Virus record (IMG/VR): IMGVR_UViG_3300031552_000001
Coordinates: 1 to 64,000 of that record
Length of the DNA stretch: 64,000 nucleotides
From: a virus
Direction: 5' to 3' (one strand)
Under the pieces are notes generated by a model, which worked only from the letters and a program-made list of their open reading frames with translations, was not told the origin of the DNA and searched no databases. A program made the position numbers and the translations under genes. Positions 54,069 to 63,283 of this stretch are shown in pieces (the first letter of the stretch is position 1; every line of letters starts with the position of its first letter).

Positions 54069-55626
54069 AGTAGTCTCCGTGCTCTAAATGATTGGAATGA
54101 CCCGCCGCAGCAGAGCTTCCTAACCCTACCCCGCTAAGAATGGCCGCTCCTCGAAGATAGTTACCTACGTTAGTAGAGTCTTTGGCCGCCTCTTCTACGA
54201 CTTTTCCAGAAGCAGATGAAGGAGCCCTCTTGGTTGCATTGCGGATAGAGGATAATATGCCTGCTTTTTTAAGAATGCCGTCCGCCCACGACACATAAAA
54301 GCTCGCGACCTCTTGTTCTTTAGAGGGAGAGCTAAAAGCTAGCTTCTGTATGTTTGGGAAGTTTGTAGCTACTTTTAAGGCCAAGTGCCAGGGATCTAAC
54401 CCACTGGCTTCTGCAAGCTTACAAAAACCTTGACCCAGTCCTTCTTTGTCCGAAAAGCTCTTATCCAAGCTATAATTAAAGAACTCTAGCGCCGCGTGTT
54501 TTTGAAGAGGAGGGCCATACTTTTGGTAGAGAAGCCCTAACGCATGATCTAAAGAAGCCTGCTTGATGTCGTCCTTACATCTAGCATCTGCCACCTTTGC
54601 CTTAGCCGACTTTTGTTTTGTGAGTAGCTCTCCTTTAGGCTTACCCCTCAGCGCGCCATAAATAGAGCTGCCAGCTAACCCCCCGGAAACTCCGCCTACT
54701 ACGGCCCCACCATAGCCTTGTGTGATCTTACTGAGGAGAGTACTGCCTGTCCTCTGCCCCAGGTAACCTAACAGCCCTCCCCCAATAAGACCACCGGCTC
54801 CCCTTGCTATCAACTCTGCAAGATCCTGCCTCGAAGAAATTGGTTTTGTACTTGGGGCTTCAGCTATCTTATCGACTCGGGCATTTGAGCTCATGGCCTC
54901 ATCCTCCATCTTCTCTAAACGGGTGTAGTAATCGGGAATTTCAGACAAATGATCTCTAGCTATTTCTTTAGCTACCAAAGGAGACTGCGTGTGCTCTTTC
55001 TCTATCTTCTTTCCCATAGCTAATTGCTTAGAAGAGAAGTCAGAGTTAGGACGATAGTCGGCCTTACCTCCCGTAAGGGCTTCTTTAGCCGCTTTGATAA
55101 AGGCCACCTTGTCCGCTAACGAAGCAGTAATAGCTCCTGCCCCTAAGCCCCCTGCTCCGGCGCCTATCTCCAAACCAGTTCGGTATCGCTGCAATACATT
55201 TCTGCCCTCCTCGGCTGCCGCTCCTGTAAGGGGGGCCCCCTTCTTCCATCCTAGTCCTACAAGTTTCTTAGCGACCGGCTTGCCTAATATATGCTGACTA
55301 GCTTTTCGTGCGCCAATACCTCCTGCCGCACCGAGAGCAGCGCCCGTTAAGGCGCCGCGAAGCTTACCCCCCTCTCTAGAACTCGCAGCCCCAGCAAGTC
55401 CTCCCAAACCAGCCCCAGTCAGGCCCGCAGCGAGCCTTCCAAACCCCTCTTTGAGCATTTCGCTGCCTTTTTTCTCGGTATCCGCCTTAGAACTTTGAGG
55501 CATCTTACGGACGGCGAGCATGATAACGTCATCTAAAGCAGGTGCTGCCTTTTCTGCCATCTCTAAAAAAGAGGCTTTTTTAACGCGCAATCCAGCCTTG
55601 TCTAAGTAATCGCCCCACTTTCCCAT
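54061..55626 (-). CDS. putative internal head protein with glycine zippers and a DUF5661-like domain
   Basis: MGKKIEKEHT...AKEIARDHLSEIPDYYTRLEKME. Confidence 0.65.
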   Translation of the reverse strand: MGKWGDYLDKAGLRVKKASFLEMAEKAAPALDDVIMLAVRKMPQSSKADTEKKGSEMLKEGFGRLAAGLTGAGLGGLAGAASSREGGKLRGALTGAALGAAGGIGARKASQHILGKPVAKKLVGLGWKKGAPLTGAAAEEGRNVLQRYRTGLEIGAGAGGLGAGAITASLADKVAFIKAAKEALTGGKADYRPNSDFSSKQLAMGKKIEKEHTQSPLVAKEIARDHLSEIPDYYTRLEKMEDEAMSSNARVDKIAEAPSTKPISSRQDLAELIARGAGGLIGGGLLGYLGQRTGSTLLSKITQGYGGAVVGGVSGGLAGSSIYGALRGKPKGELLTKQKSAKAKVADARCKDDIKQASLDHALGLLYQKYGPPLQKHAALEFFNYSLDKSFSDKEGLGQGFCKLAEASGLDPWHLALKVATNFPNIQKLAFSSPSKEQEVASFYVSWADGILKKAGILSSIRNATKRAPSSASGKVVEEAAKDSTNVGNYLRGAAILSGVGLGSSAAAGHSNHLEHGDYYA

Positions 55627-55638
55627 TAAAATCTCCGA

Positions 55639-55770
55639 CTATGCCCAAAAGAGAAGTATATACTTGCCGGGACGTTCAAAGATTGCTTGTATGTTAGAAG
55701 GGATGATGCTGTTATCATTCACAAAGCTCACAAGATCGCCAATCGACTCGAACATGTTGTAGTAAAGCAT
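55639..55770 (-). CDS. 43-aa protein missed by the ORF track (MLYYNMFESIGDLVSFVNDNSII...YILLFWA)
   Basis: AAGGAAG SD, fills the intergenic gap, ends TAG. Confidence 0.5.
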   Translation of the reverse strand: MLYYNMFESIGDLVSFVNDNSIIPSNIQAIFERPGKYILLFWA

Positions 55771-55891
55771 AAAGGCTTCCTTTTTCTACAAAGAGGTCAA
55801 TAAATTACCTTACGCTCTGTAGATGGGGGTGAGTGTACCCTTTCTCTTTTACTGATAGAAGCCATAGCAGCAAACTAAATCTTCGCCCCTT

Positions 55892-56416
55892 TTACACATA
55901 GCCAAAAAAAGCGTTCACAAAATACAGCTCGCTGTGTACCCCACTTCGATTAGGCCCAAGCAGGTTTTCTATATTTATGGCCACCAAAATTCTCTGCTTC
56001 TTCCGTTCGTACTCTGACTTCATCATGCTTATCCAAGATGCAATAAGCTGGGGGTTTTCTGTTTGTACGTTCTGCCCTCCGTCTGAGTATGAAATGTGAT
56101 TACGAAGATGTAAGATACCCAAAGACTCAAGGGCGGTGATTACCACCCCTCGAGTAAAGACGCTGACGAACCCTCGTTCTATTATCATTTGGAGATCTTG
56201 CCCTATGAACGGAGGGGTCGACATCCAATCGCTAAGGGTATCAATAACCGCCCACTGTAAATGTCTTGGACTATGATCGTACCCTGCTGTAAGACGATTC
56301 AATTCAGGATAATCCCGCATGAATCTACGGGTGTATTCTGCAAGCTTTTTTATGAGAGGATCGTTTAGTTCAACGAACCCGGAGGTTGTTCCTTCGTCTG
56401 TGATAGCATAGGTCAC
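55892..56416 (-). CDS. head-tail adaptor (neck) protein candidate
   Basis: Helical protein in the head-tail block; MRDYPELNRL...LRNHISYSDGG. Confidence 0.55.
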   Translation of the reverse strand: MTYAITDEGTTSGFVELNDPLIKKLAEYTRRFMRDYPELNRLTAGYDHSPRHLQWAVIDTLSDWMSTPPFIGQDLQMIIERGFVSVFTRGVVITALESLGILHLRNHISYSDGGQNVQTENPQLIASWISMMKSEYERKKQRILVAINIENLLGPNRSGVHSELYFVNAFFGYV

Positions 56417-56419
56417 TTG

Positions 56420-56863
56420 TTACCACCGCCTGTTGCCCTTCTTGCCCCGCTCCTTGTGTTTGATGCCTTCTGCGGATTCTTCAGACTCAATAGGCTCGGA
56501 CGCTTCTTCTTCTTCAATTTGAGGAGCTTCTTTTTCCTCAATCTCTACCGGAACTTCTTTAGCGGGTGCTGCTTCCTCCTTCGAGGGCTCCTCCTTTGAA
56601 GGCTCGGGTTTCGGGCTCGTTCTATGATGCTCGGCCTTCACCACGATCTTTTTCGTTTTCTGCAAATAAGAAGGAGGTTCTTTTCCGACATACAAGAGCT
56701 TGCCTATCTCGTCCTTATGAATTTTGTGAGCCGTCTTCAACAGCTCCTCATCCACTTGCATGGATTTCCCTGGGTACAGTAGTTTCCCTAAAACCAGAAG
56801 GTTTTGTGGCACTACCGGCGTAGCCGGATTGTTGGTGACGTTCCAAATACGGGTCATTGCCAT
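56420..56863 (-). CDS. hypothetical protein
   Basis: AGGAG SD, acidic tail. Confidence 0.6.
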   Translation of the reverse strand: MAMTRIWNVTNNPATPVVPQNLLVLGKLLYPGKSMQVDEELLKTAHKIHKDEIGKLLYVGKEPPSYLQKTKKIVVKAEHHRTSPKPEPSKEEPSKEEAAPAKEVPVEIEEKEAPQIEEEEASEPIESEESAEGIKHKERGKKGNRRW

Positions 56864-56866
56864 AAC

Positions 56867-57736
56867 TTACTCCTGCTCCTCTGCTTCAGCAGCATCCAGA
56901 ATGGCGTCGATTACCGCCTGTTTGTTGGACAGCTTTTCGGGAGACTCGACTCCGTAAAGAGTAGCCATTTCGTTAAGCTCGTTACGGCTTTGCTGACGGA
57001 GATCTTCTTCTGACAGGACAGTGGAGTCCTCGTCATTTACTTCCTCTTCTTCGGCTTTTGCAGCTTCGTCTTCCTCTTGAGACCAATTCTTCCCCGGGTC
57101 TTCATCTTCGCCCTGACTTTCGTTAGCAGGGGCCTCTTGGTTTTCTTGAGTCGTAGGTTTACCTTCGGGATCTTTTAGGTCTTCACCGTTGGGATCTTCG
57201 TTGGGATCTTCTTTTTCTTCCCACACTTTCTTATCTGTCGTATCGGCGAAAAGAGGCTCGAGAAGCGTTTTGTCGATTTTTAAGTCATCCTTGTAGTCCT
57301 TAGAGAGCCTGGCTCCCAAGTCCGCAAGTTGATCTACAGTAAGCGCCTGTAGACTGTCAGGTCTGCAAATTTCTGCAGTGCCGGACCGTACACTAGCAAG
57401 CAGTGTATTGAAATTACGAAAAAGGTCTGTAAACGACACTTCAGTGTACCTATCGCCCTTACAACGAATATGACGGCCGTCATCTAACATCAAGCGCTGT
57501 TTTCTCTGACCAGGTCGGCCGGCACGATGAACCTTGGTTCTGGCACTGTACCCTAAATGCCTAACCATGACGTAATCCAAGGGCCGAGGCTTAGCCTCCT
57601 TAACCTCTTCTTTGGCAGAAGGGTTCTTCTCATACTTCTCTTCCTCAGGAGCATAGCCTTCTTCTGGTCTAGAAACTTCCTCGTTGCTCACCACACCCTC
57701 TTGTTTCTGAAGGGGTTCTTCATTTACCGATACCAT
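56867..57736 (-). CDS. acidic protein with C-terminal Rho-N/HeH-like motif
   Basis: LRQQSRNELNEMATLYGV...NKQAVIDAIL. Confidence 0.6.
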   Translation of the reverse strand: MVSVNEEPLQKQEGVVSNEEVSRPEEGYAPEEEKYEKNPSAKEEVKEAKPRPLDYVMVRHLGYSARTKVHRAGRPGQRKQRLMLDDGRHIRCKGDRYTEVSFTDLFRNFNTLLASVRSGTAEICRPDSLQALTVDQLADLGARLSKDYKDDLKIDKTLLEPLFADTTDKKVWEEKEDPNEDPNGEDLKDPEGKPTTQENQEAPANESQGEDEDPGKNWSQEEDEAAKAEEEEVNDEDSTVLSEEDLRQQSRNELNEMATLYGVESPEKLSNKQAVIDAILDAAEAEEQE

Positions 57737-57737
57737 T

Positions 57738-58568
57738 TTAGGCCTCCTTTAGGCGGCGCTCAGTTTCATGAGGGCACTCACCAAAATGCGCTTTGGCACA
57801 ATTGCAGTTCCAGCATAACACTTGGAACCCGGGTGGGTAGCTGTTGTTCTTGAGCCACCGATACATCTCCACCACATAACCGTGCTTCTTCTTAATAGAG
57901 CGTCTATGCTCTGCGCCATCATTATTAACATGGTCGATAGTAAGAAATTCGAAAATAGTTTCTCCGCAGCATGCACAGACAGGGCCACCATAGGCGTCGA
58001 ATGCTTGAAGCTTAAGGAGCCTTTTTCTTTCTCTACCGACTGATCGGTTACGCTCTCCATTCTTATGGTATCTGTCCCTAGCTTTAGCCTTACAAGCTGA
58101 ACATAAGCTGATTTCAGTAGTCTTAAGAGGCTTACGGCAATGGAAGCACTTTCGATTTTCTTGAAGCTTAGCGTGGTATTCCTTAACGTAGCTTCGAGTG
58201 CACTCTTTACACCTAGTCCGGCCCGCAGCAGTAGATGAGGAGTAAAACTTCTCGATAGGCAAATATTGCTGATGCCCACTACACCACTGAGTGCCTTCTG
58301 AAGCAGCCCTCTTAATAAGTTCTTGCTCCGATAAAACGTAGTTCTTTTTATACCAGCGTTTGGTGTAGCTTCTGCACCTCTCGCAGTAAACCTTTCGGCC
58401 GTCGTTTCTAGGCTTGTTACATCTAGGGCAATACCCGGAAGATTTAAGACTCTCTCTACGCTTGTTGTACGTAGCTTTTCTACACGACTTGCACTGATTA
58501 TACCCCGGGTAGAAAGCATCGACCGCAAGCTCTTTTCCACAAGTTGAACAAACTTTCAATTCGAGCAT
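57738..58568 (-). CDS. HNH endonuclease with multiple CxxC zinc fingers, inserted after the capsid gene
   Basis: CACCGE...LTIDHVNNDG...QVLCWNCNCAK. Confidence 0.85.
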   Translation of the reverse strand: MLELKVCSTCGKELAVDAFYPGYNQCKSCRKATYNKRRESLKSSGYCPRCNKPRNDGRKVYCERCRSYTKRWYKKNYVLSEQELIKRAASEGTQWCSGHQQYLPIEKFYSSSTAAGRTRCKECTRSYVKEYHAKLQENRKCFHCRKPLKTTEISLCSACKAKARDRYHKNGERNRSVGRERKRLLKLQAFDAYGGPVCACCGETIFEFLTIDHVNNDGAEHRRSIKKKHGYVVEMYRWLKNNSYPPGFQVLCWNCNCAKAHFGECPHETERRLKEA

Positions 58569-58630
58569 GGCATAAGCCTCCTTCGAGGTCCTTATGCCAT
58601 GCCATACAATTACTTGTCACCCAGTATTGT

Positions 58631-59758
58631 TTAATATTGGGATACTGAAGGGTAATGAAGCCCTGAATCAACTCGGTTATTCTCGGCACCGAGATCTTCC
58701 TCGGACGCCGGCAACTTCGCAGCGTATCCAGTGTCTTCATCACTCGGCTTCACAGAACCTCGGTAAAGCTCAAGCTTACGGCACGCGGCAATATTTACGA
58801 TGCCCATGCCGATATCTTCCCAACTTTGCCACGTGATGACGTTCGCAATCTTGTCGATATAGAACTTGGTGTTGTTGAGAATGTAGAACTTGCCAAAGAA
58901 CTGCGGCGCAGTGAAGATGTAGATGTTCCCTGTTCGGAGAATGTCTGTCTTCACTGTACGAACAACCTTACGGCCCAGCAGGGTATTATACTTGTACCCG
59001 TCAACGACCGTCTCAGACGTGATCTTGTCACCGAAGTCCTCGAGCGTCCATTGAAGAACGTCATCGTGGTCACCTTCAGTGATAAGTATACGTTCTGAGC
59101 GCAAGCGGTTGTTATCAAGCAGCTTAAACAGGTTAACGAAGTCAGGCCGCTGTACAGGACGAACCGTAAAATCTGTACCGTCAGCCGCCAGTGCCAACTC
59201 ACCCTTCACAACAGACACTACTTGAGCAGTAGCGCTACCAGCTCGGATATTGGTGGCGTTGTAGGCAGTACCAGTACTGTTGGTTTCTACCTGAAGCGCC
59301 TGAATTCCAGACTCGATATGACGGGTGAACTCCCTGTCTTCGATTTCCTGGATATCTTTCACCGAGTTGTCTTCAATGACTTTGGTGATAGGCATTTCGT
59401 AGGCCAAAAGCTCCTGTTCTGTCTTCTCAAATTTCTCCGAAGAGATAGTGAAGAAGGGAATCTCAGCCTTAGGCGCGCGAATGAACCGAGCAGTAGGCTG
59501 ATCACGGAAGGTGATAGCCATTGCGCGGCTCTGAGGCTCCACATCCACAATCTTGACGAGAGTGTCGTGGTTAACAGACCTCTGACAGTCCGCCCGGGTT
59601 ACCTGCTCCGGAGGAATAATGTGACGAGAATACGCAACTTCGCGCAATCGATCGCGAATCCACGAACCGCCGTATTCAGCAATCTTGTCTTTGCCTTCCT
59701 GCGTATCCAACCGTTGGTTGAACATCTCGAGTGTTGCTTGGACCATACTCATAGTCAA
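58631..59758 (-). CDS. major capsid protein
   Basis: 375 aa after decoration/scaffold genes; HK97-like order PKAEIPFFTISS...IQEIEDREF...YNTLLGRKVV...QSWEDIGMGI. Confidence 0.75.
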   Translation of the reverse strand: MTMSMVQATLEMFNQRLDTQEGKDKIAEYGGSWIRDRLREVAYSRHIIPPEQVTRADCQRSVNHDTLVKIVDVEPQSRAMAITFRDQPTARFIRAPKAEIPFFTISSEKFEKTEQELLAYEMPITKVIEDNSVKDIQEIEDREFTRHIESGIQALQVETNSTGTAYNATNIRAGSATAQVVSVVKGELALAADGTDFTVRPVQRPDFVNLFKLLDNNRLRSERILITEGDHDDVLQWTLEDFGDKITSETVVDGYKYNTLLGRKVVRTVKTDILRTGNIYIFTAPQFFGKFYILNNTKFYIDKIANVITWQSWEDIGMGIVNIAACRKLELYRGSVKPSDEDTGYAAKLPASEEDLGAENNRVDSGLHYPSVSQY

Positions 59759-59800
59759 TCTCCTTGTCCTTTCGTTGAGGTTCTCAGTTAGCTACAAGAG

Positions 59801-60253
59801 CTACACTCGGATGAACCGCAAGAAGTTGTTGTTGCTCGCTGGCAGCCGCGTGACATAGCCAATAATGTGACCTGTGGTGTAAATCTTCAGGCCCCTTAGC
59901 CATGTAGAAGTACCAACAGTTACTGTTGAAACTTCCAAAGCGGCCCCCACTGTCAGAGAAGTAGAGCTCATAATCAGCGTGTCTGCCTCATACGGCCCAA
60001 GGTACAAGAACGGGCCCTTCTGAAGGGCTTGGGTCTCGTACCTTCCGCGTTCTGCGAAATACGCAAACGACGGTACTTCTGCAGGAGTGGCAGAACCCCG
60101 CGCCATCTTGTAAGACGTATCGAGCTCTAAGAACTCTCCGTCAAGCAAAGGCTGCGCGTTTGTAGGGTTCAAAAGAGCAGGCGCTGCCAGCTCGAAAGGA
60201 CGACGTTGAATCGTCTGAAACTCACTCACCAGTTTGATGTTTTGAACTGCCAT
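59801..60253 (-). CDS. capsid decoration/cement protein candidate
   Basis: 150-aa beta-rich ORF immediately upstream of the MCP. Confidence 0.5.
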   Translation of the reverse strand: MAVQNIKLVSEFQTIQRRPFELAAPALLNPTNAQPLLDGEFLELDTSYKMARGSATPAEVPSFAYFAERGRYETQALQKGPFLYLGPYEADTLIMSSTSLTVGAALEVSTVTVGTSTWLRGLKIYTTGHIIGYVTRLPASNNNFLRFIRV

Positions 60254-60295
60254 TTCTTAACCTCCAAGATTTCTGCGTTGTGTCCTTAAACCAGC

Positions 60296-60652
60296 TCAGG
60301 AAGCGGGGTCCTCACCGCTAATGATGAACTGTTCAAAGGAAGATAAGCTGCCGCTACCCGCTAGTTCGTCGGGGTTACCAAATATGCGGCCCTGAGGAGC
60401 CGCAAGCTTGATAGCCTCTTCAGTGACATCGAGGCTGGGAACTACTTCTAGAGCCGCCACTTTTTGCTCAAAAGTGAGGTCTGTAGAAAGCCCTTTTTCC
60501 TCCATATCCCTAGCAATTTTTTCCATCCTGCCTTTTTTCTCATAACTTGCCACTTTCTCTGAGAGAGTGTTCCGCTCTGAGGTTAAGGCTTCGATGGCGG
60601 CCCCTGCCTGCTTTAGGAGAGAAGCCGCGTCTTGAGTGCTAATCTTTTTCAT
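60296..60652 (-). CDS. scaffold-like head protein
   Basis: Coiled coil, K-x-A motifs, ends LSSFEQFIISG. Confidence 0.55.
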   Translation of the reverse strand: MKKISTQDAASLLKQAGAAIEALTSERNTLSEKVASYEKKGRMEKIARDMEEKGLSTDLTFEQKVAALEVVPSLDVTEEAIKLAAPQGRIFGNPDELAGSGSLSSFEQFIISGEDPAS

Positions 60653-60671
60653 AGACTTTGTTCCTCTCAGG

Positions 60672-62189
60672 CTAGGCCATCATAGGAGAAGGGGGTGGAT
60701 TTGCGCCGGCAGGGGCACTTGCGCCCATACCAAACTGTTGAAGCTTCTCCGTATCCTCCGCTCCGGCTTCTGGGGCTGCTCCAGATTCTGGGCCAGCTTC
60801 AGCGCCTCCGGCCTCTCCAGCCAAAAGCTCCTGCGCCGCAGCAATGTCCTCGGGAGTCACACCGGCAAGTACAGCAGCTAACGCCGCTTCCATCTCTTGA
60901 TTCTCCTCCGGTAAAGCCTCAGGAGCAACTGCTCCTTCAGCTCCCGCAGGAGGTGGAGGTGGAGCGCCGCCTTCCCCCATAGGGGGTGCTTCGCCTGCTG
61001 CTTTCTTCACCAGCATAGCAATCCTCTGACGTACTTCGGGCGAGGATGACGCCAGTTTCTTGAGCAACTCTCTTGTCGCAGAAATCTTTACACCCGCAGC
61101 GGGGGTGTTATCCAACGACTCTTGGAGAGTATGATCGTGAGCCGAAGACTGCATCGGCTCAGTCAAAAGCTCTGACAAAGCTCCTTTATTCTGTTGCTTG
61201 GCTTTACCCTTGGTTGCGTTGATAGCCGCTTCATTACTAGCAAGCAGATCTCGGCCGCCGCCTTCGCCAGAAGTAGGAGCAGAACTTCGAGGCGTATTAC
61301 TGCCTGCCTCAGACCCTTGAGACTGAACGCTAGGTACGCCAGGCTCAGACTGCAAAATAGGCTCGGACCCAGCAGAAACTTGTGCAGGATCTTCGTCATT
61401 TCCCGCAAATTTCTGAATCAGGGCCGCGGCTGAATCCAACGGAATGCCAGAAGCTGCGGCCTTTGCCATAAGAACTTTTGCTCTCTTGGCCTGTGCAAAC
61501 TTCTGACGTAAGACCTCAGCTTCCTTACCAGATACCCGGTCCAATACTCGAGCAGCCCTATCTGATGCTGTCTTGCTGCCGGTGGACTCGTCTCCACCAG
61601 GCTGCTTCAACAAATCCTCAGGCTGAGGCGGAAGCATCATGCCCTTGTTAGTTTCCAGAGCGTTAGCGGCATCATTAGGATTAGGCTTCTCATCCGGAGT
61701 AACAGACTTCGGCGGTTGATTTGACGATGTCGCCTCGCCGCTCTCGCCTGCGTCCAAAGAGGTGCCTGGAGTGTTGGCCCCTGAAGACGGAATAGCATTA
61801 CCCGCCCCCACTCCCGTTCCGGAGTTATCTGGGGTTACAGTAGAAGGAGGAATAGAGTCGGGATTCGCCTCAGTGGTCTGATGCGCCTTATCCCCTCCTT
61901 CAAATGCTTTCTTAATGAGCGCTTGATTGATAGCCGCATATTCTGCCAGTTTCTCTTCTGGAGTCTGCGAATAATCAATCAAATGCAAGTTTCCCGCAAG
62001 ATGCTTACATGCAGAAGCGAGCTTGCTCAAATACTCATTGCTAAGGTTGGTCTCTACAGAAGGCTTGGCCAAAGGCTGCGACGTAATCGCCGCTCTCTTC
62101 TCAACACTCCGGGAAGACTCGCTAGCAAGCTTCTCCTTAGTGTCGCCAAGCACCTGACGGACCATCTCGTTAACCGACATACTCATCAT
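60672..62189 (-). CDS. low-complexity scaffold/internal head protein
   Basis: 505 aa Pro/Gly/Ser/Glu-rich with many K-x-A motifs. Confidence 0.6.
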   Translation of the reverse strand: MMSMSVNEMVRQVLGDTKEKLASESSRSVEKRAAITSQPLAKPSVETNLSNEYLSKLASACKHLAGNLHLIDYSQTPEEKLAEYAAINQALIKKAFEGGDKAHQTTEANPDSIPPSTVTPDNSGTGVGAGNAIPSSGANTPGTSLDAGESGEATSSNQPPKSVTPDEKPNPNDAANALETNKGMMLPPQPEDLLKQPGGDESTGSKTASDRAARVLDRVSGKEAEVLRQKFAQAKRAKVLMAKAAASGIPLDSAAALIQKFAGNDEDPAQVSAGSEPILQSEPGVPSVQSQGSEAGSNTPRSSAPTSGEGGGRDLLASNEAAINATKGKAKQQNKGALSELLTEPMQSSAHDHTLQESLDNTPAAGVKISATRELLKKLASSSPEVRQRIAMLVKKAAGEAPPMGEGGAPPPPPAGAEGAVAPEALPEENQEMEAALAAVLAGVTPEDIAAAQELLAGEAGGAEAGPESGAAPEAGAEDTEKLQQFGMGASAPAGANPPPSPMMA

Positions 62190-62209
62190 TTTGACGGTCT
62201 CCTTTAGGT

Positions 62210-62479
62210 TTACACGAGCGGCGGCGGCGTCGACTTTACAGCACCACCGATGCCGGTAGCCGCCATTGGCGCGTTTGAGTGAACCATGGTGTAGTTTGTT
62301 GGCTGAGCTGGCTTAGGTTTCGGCAAAGAGTTCCCTTTACCGATACCAGAAGAGGGAAGTGGCTTGCCTATAACATTTCCGCCCATACCGCCTACTGCGG
62401 GTTTAGTGAATTTCATCACATTGCCCTCGGCGATTTTTTGAAGCTCATCTGTAAAGGAAGCCAACATTCTCTCGTACAT
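62210..62479 (-). CDS. hypothetical head-block protein
   Basis: In-frame ATG at 62479; SFTDELQKIAE. Confidence 0.5.
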   Translation of the reverse strand: MYERMLASFTDELQKIAEGNVMKFTKPAVGGMGGNVIGKPLPSSGIGKGNSLPKPKPAQPTNYTMVHSNAPMAATGIGGAVKSTPPPLV

Positions 62480-62480
62480 T

Positions 62481-63194
62481 TTAGCCCGCTCTCTTTGCCT
62501 CCACTGCGGCCACATCTATGCCAGCGTTAGCCAACATCTCAGCGGCTCTTTGGTTCACGGCCGCTGCCAGCTTCTCTTCATCCGAAGAGCGCAGCAACCC
62601 GTGCGCTTCGGCCCACGCCGCCGCACGTTTCTCGGCAAGAATGTCTATTGCGCTCTTCTTTCCTGGCGTGGAAGCGGCCTCCTTAACAACAGGGCTAGGC
62701 CCGCCCTCACCGCTCTTGGCAGAAGCCTGCTTCTCTATCTTGCACTTTTCGTTCCAGAAGGCGTGTGCCATTTGCCTGCCCAAGTAATCTGCTTGAGCAA
62801 CTTTCTCTTCGAAAGACTCCTCGCCTGAATTAGCGGTATCCAAAGCCTTGAGTTCAGCCAAAGCAGCCTCCTTCAAAGCCTCTTCCTCACCCTTCTCAAG
62901 CTCTTTCTCCTCTTCTTTCTTCTCTTTTGCAGCAGATTCAGATTTCTCGTCGGCAATTCCCTCAAAGTCAGGTGCTTCGCCTGCGGCCTCTTTTACCAGA
63001 GCGCTATCTTTTCCAAAGATCTCTGCTGCAACTTTTACCACAGTGCTTCCATCAAGCTTGTCGATGTCCACACCTTCTGCCCTCAAAGCCTCGTCCAAAA
63101 GCTGGATTTCAGCCAACTTCTCTACGTCCGAAGAGTCGCGAGGGGCACCAATCGACTCTCGTGTACCGTACATTTCTGCCAAAAAAGCGTTCAT
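62481..63194 (-). CDS. scaffold-like acidic head protein
   Basis: AAGGAG SD; K-x-A rich; QADYLGRQMAHAF. Confidence 0.6.
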   Translation of the reverse strand: MNAFLAEMYGTRESIGAPRDSSDVEKLAEIQLLDEALRAEGVDIDKLDGSTVVKVAAEIFGKDSALVKEAAGEAPDFEGIADEKSESAAKEKKEEEKELEKGEEEALKEAALAELKALDTANSGEESFEEKVAQADYLGRQMAHAFWNEKCKIEKQASAKSGEGGPSPVVKEAASTPGKKSAIDILAEKRAAAWAEAHGLLRSSDEEKLAAAVNQRAAEMLANAGIDVAAVEAKRAG

Positions 63195-63283
63195 GCTAAC
63201 TTCTCCTTGATGTGTTAGGTTTATCTCTCAGGCTTAATAGGCAAGTCACCAAGGATGAGCTGTCCTCTATGCCCCACGCCTGG

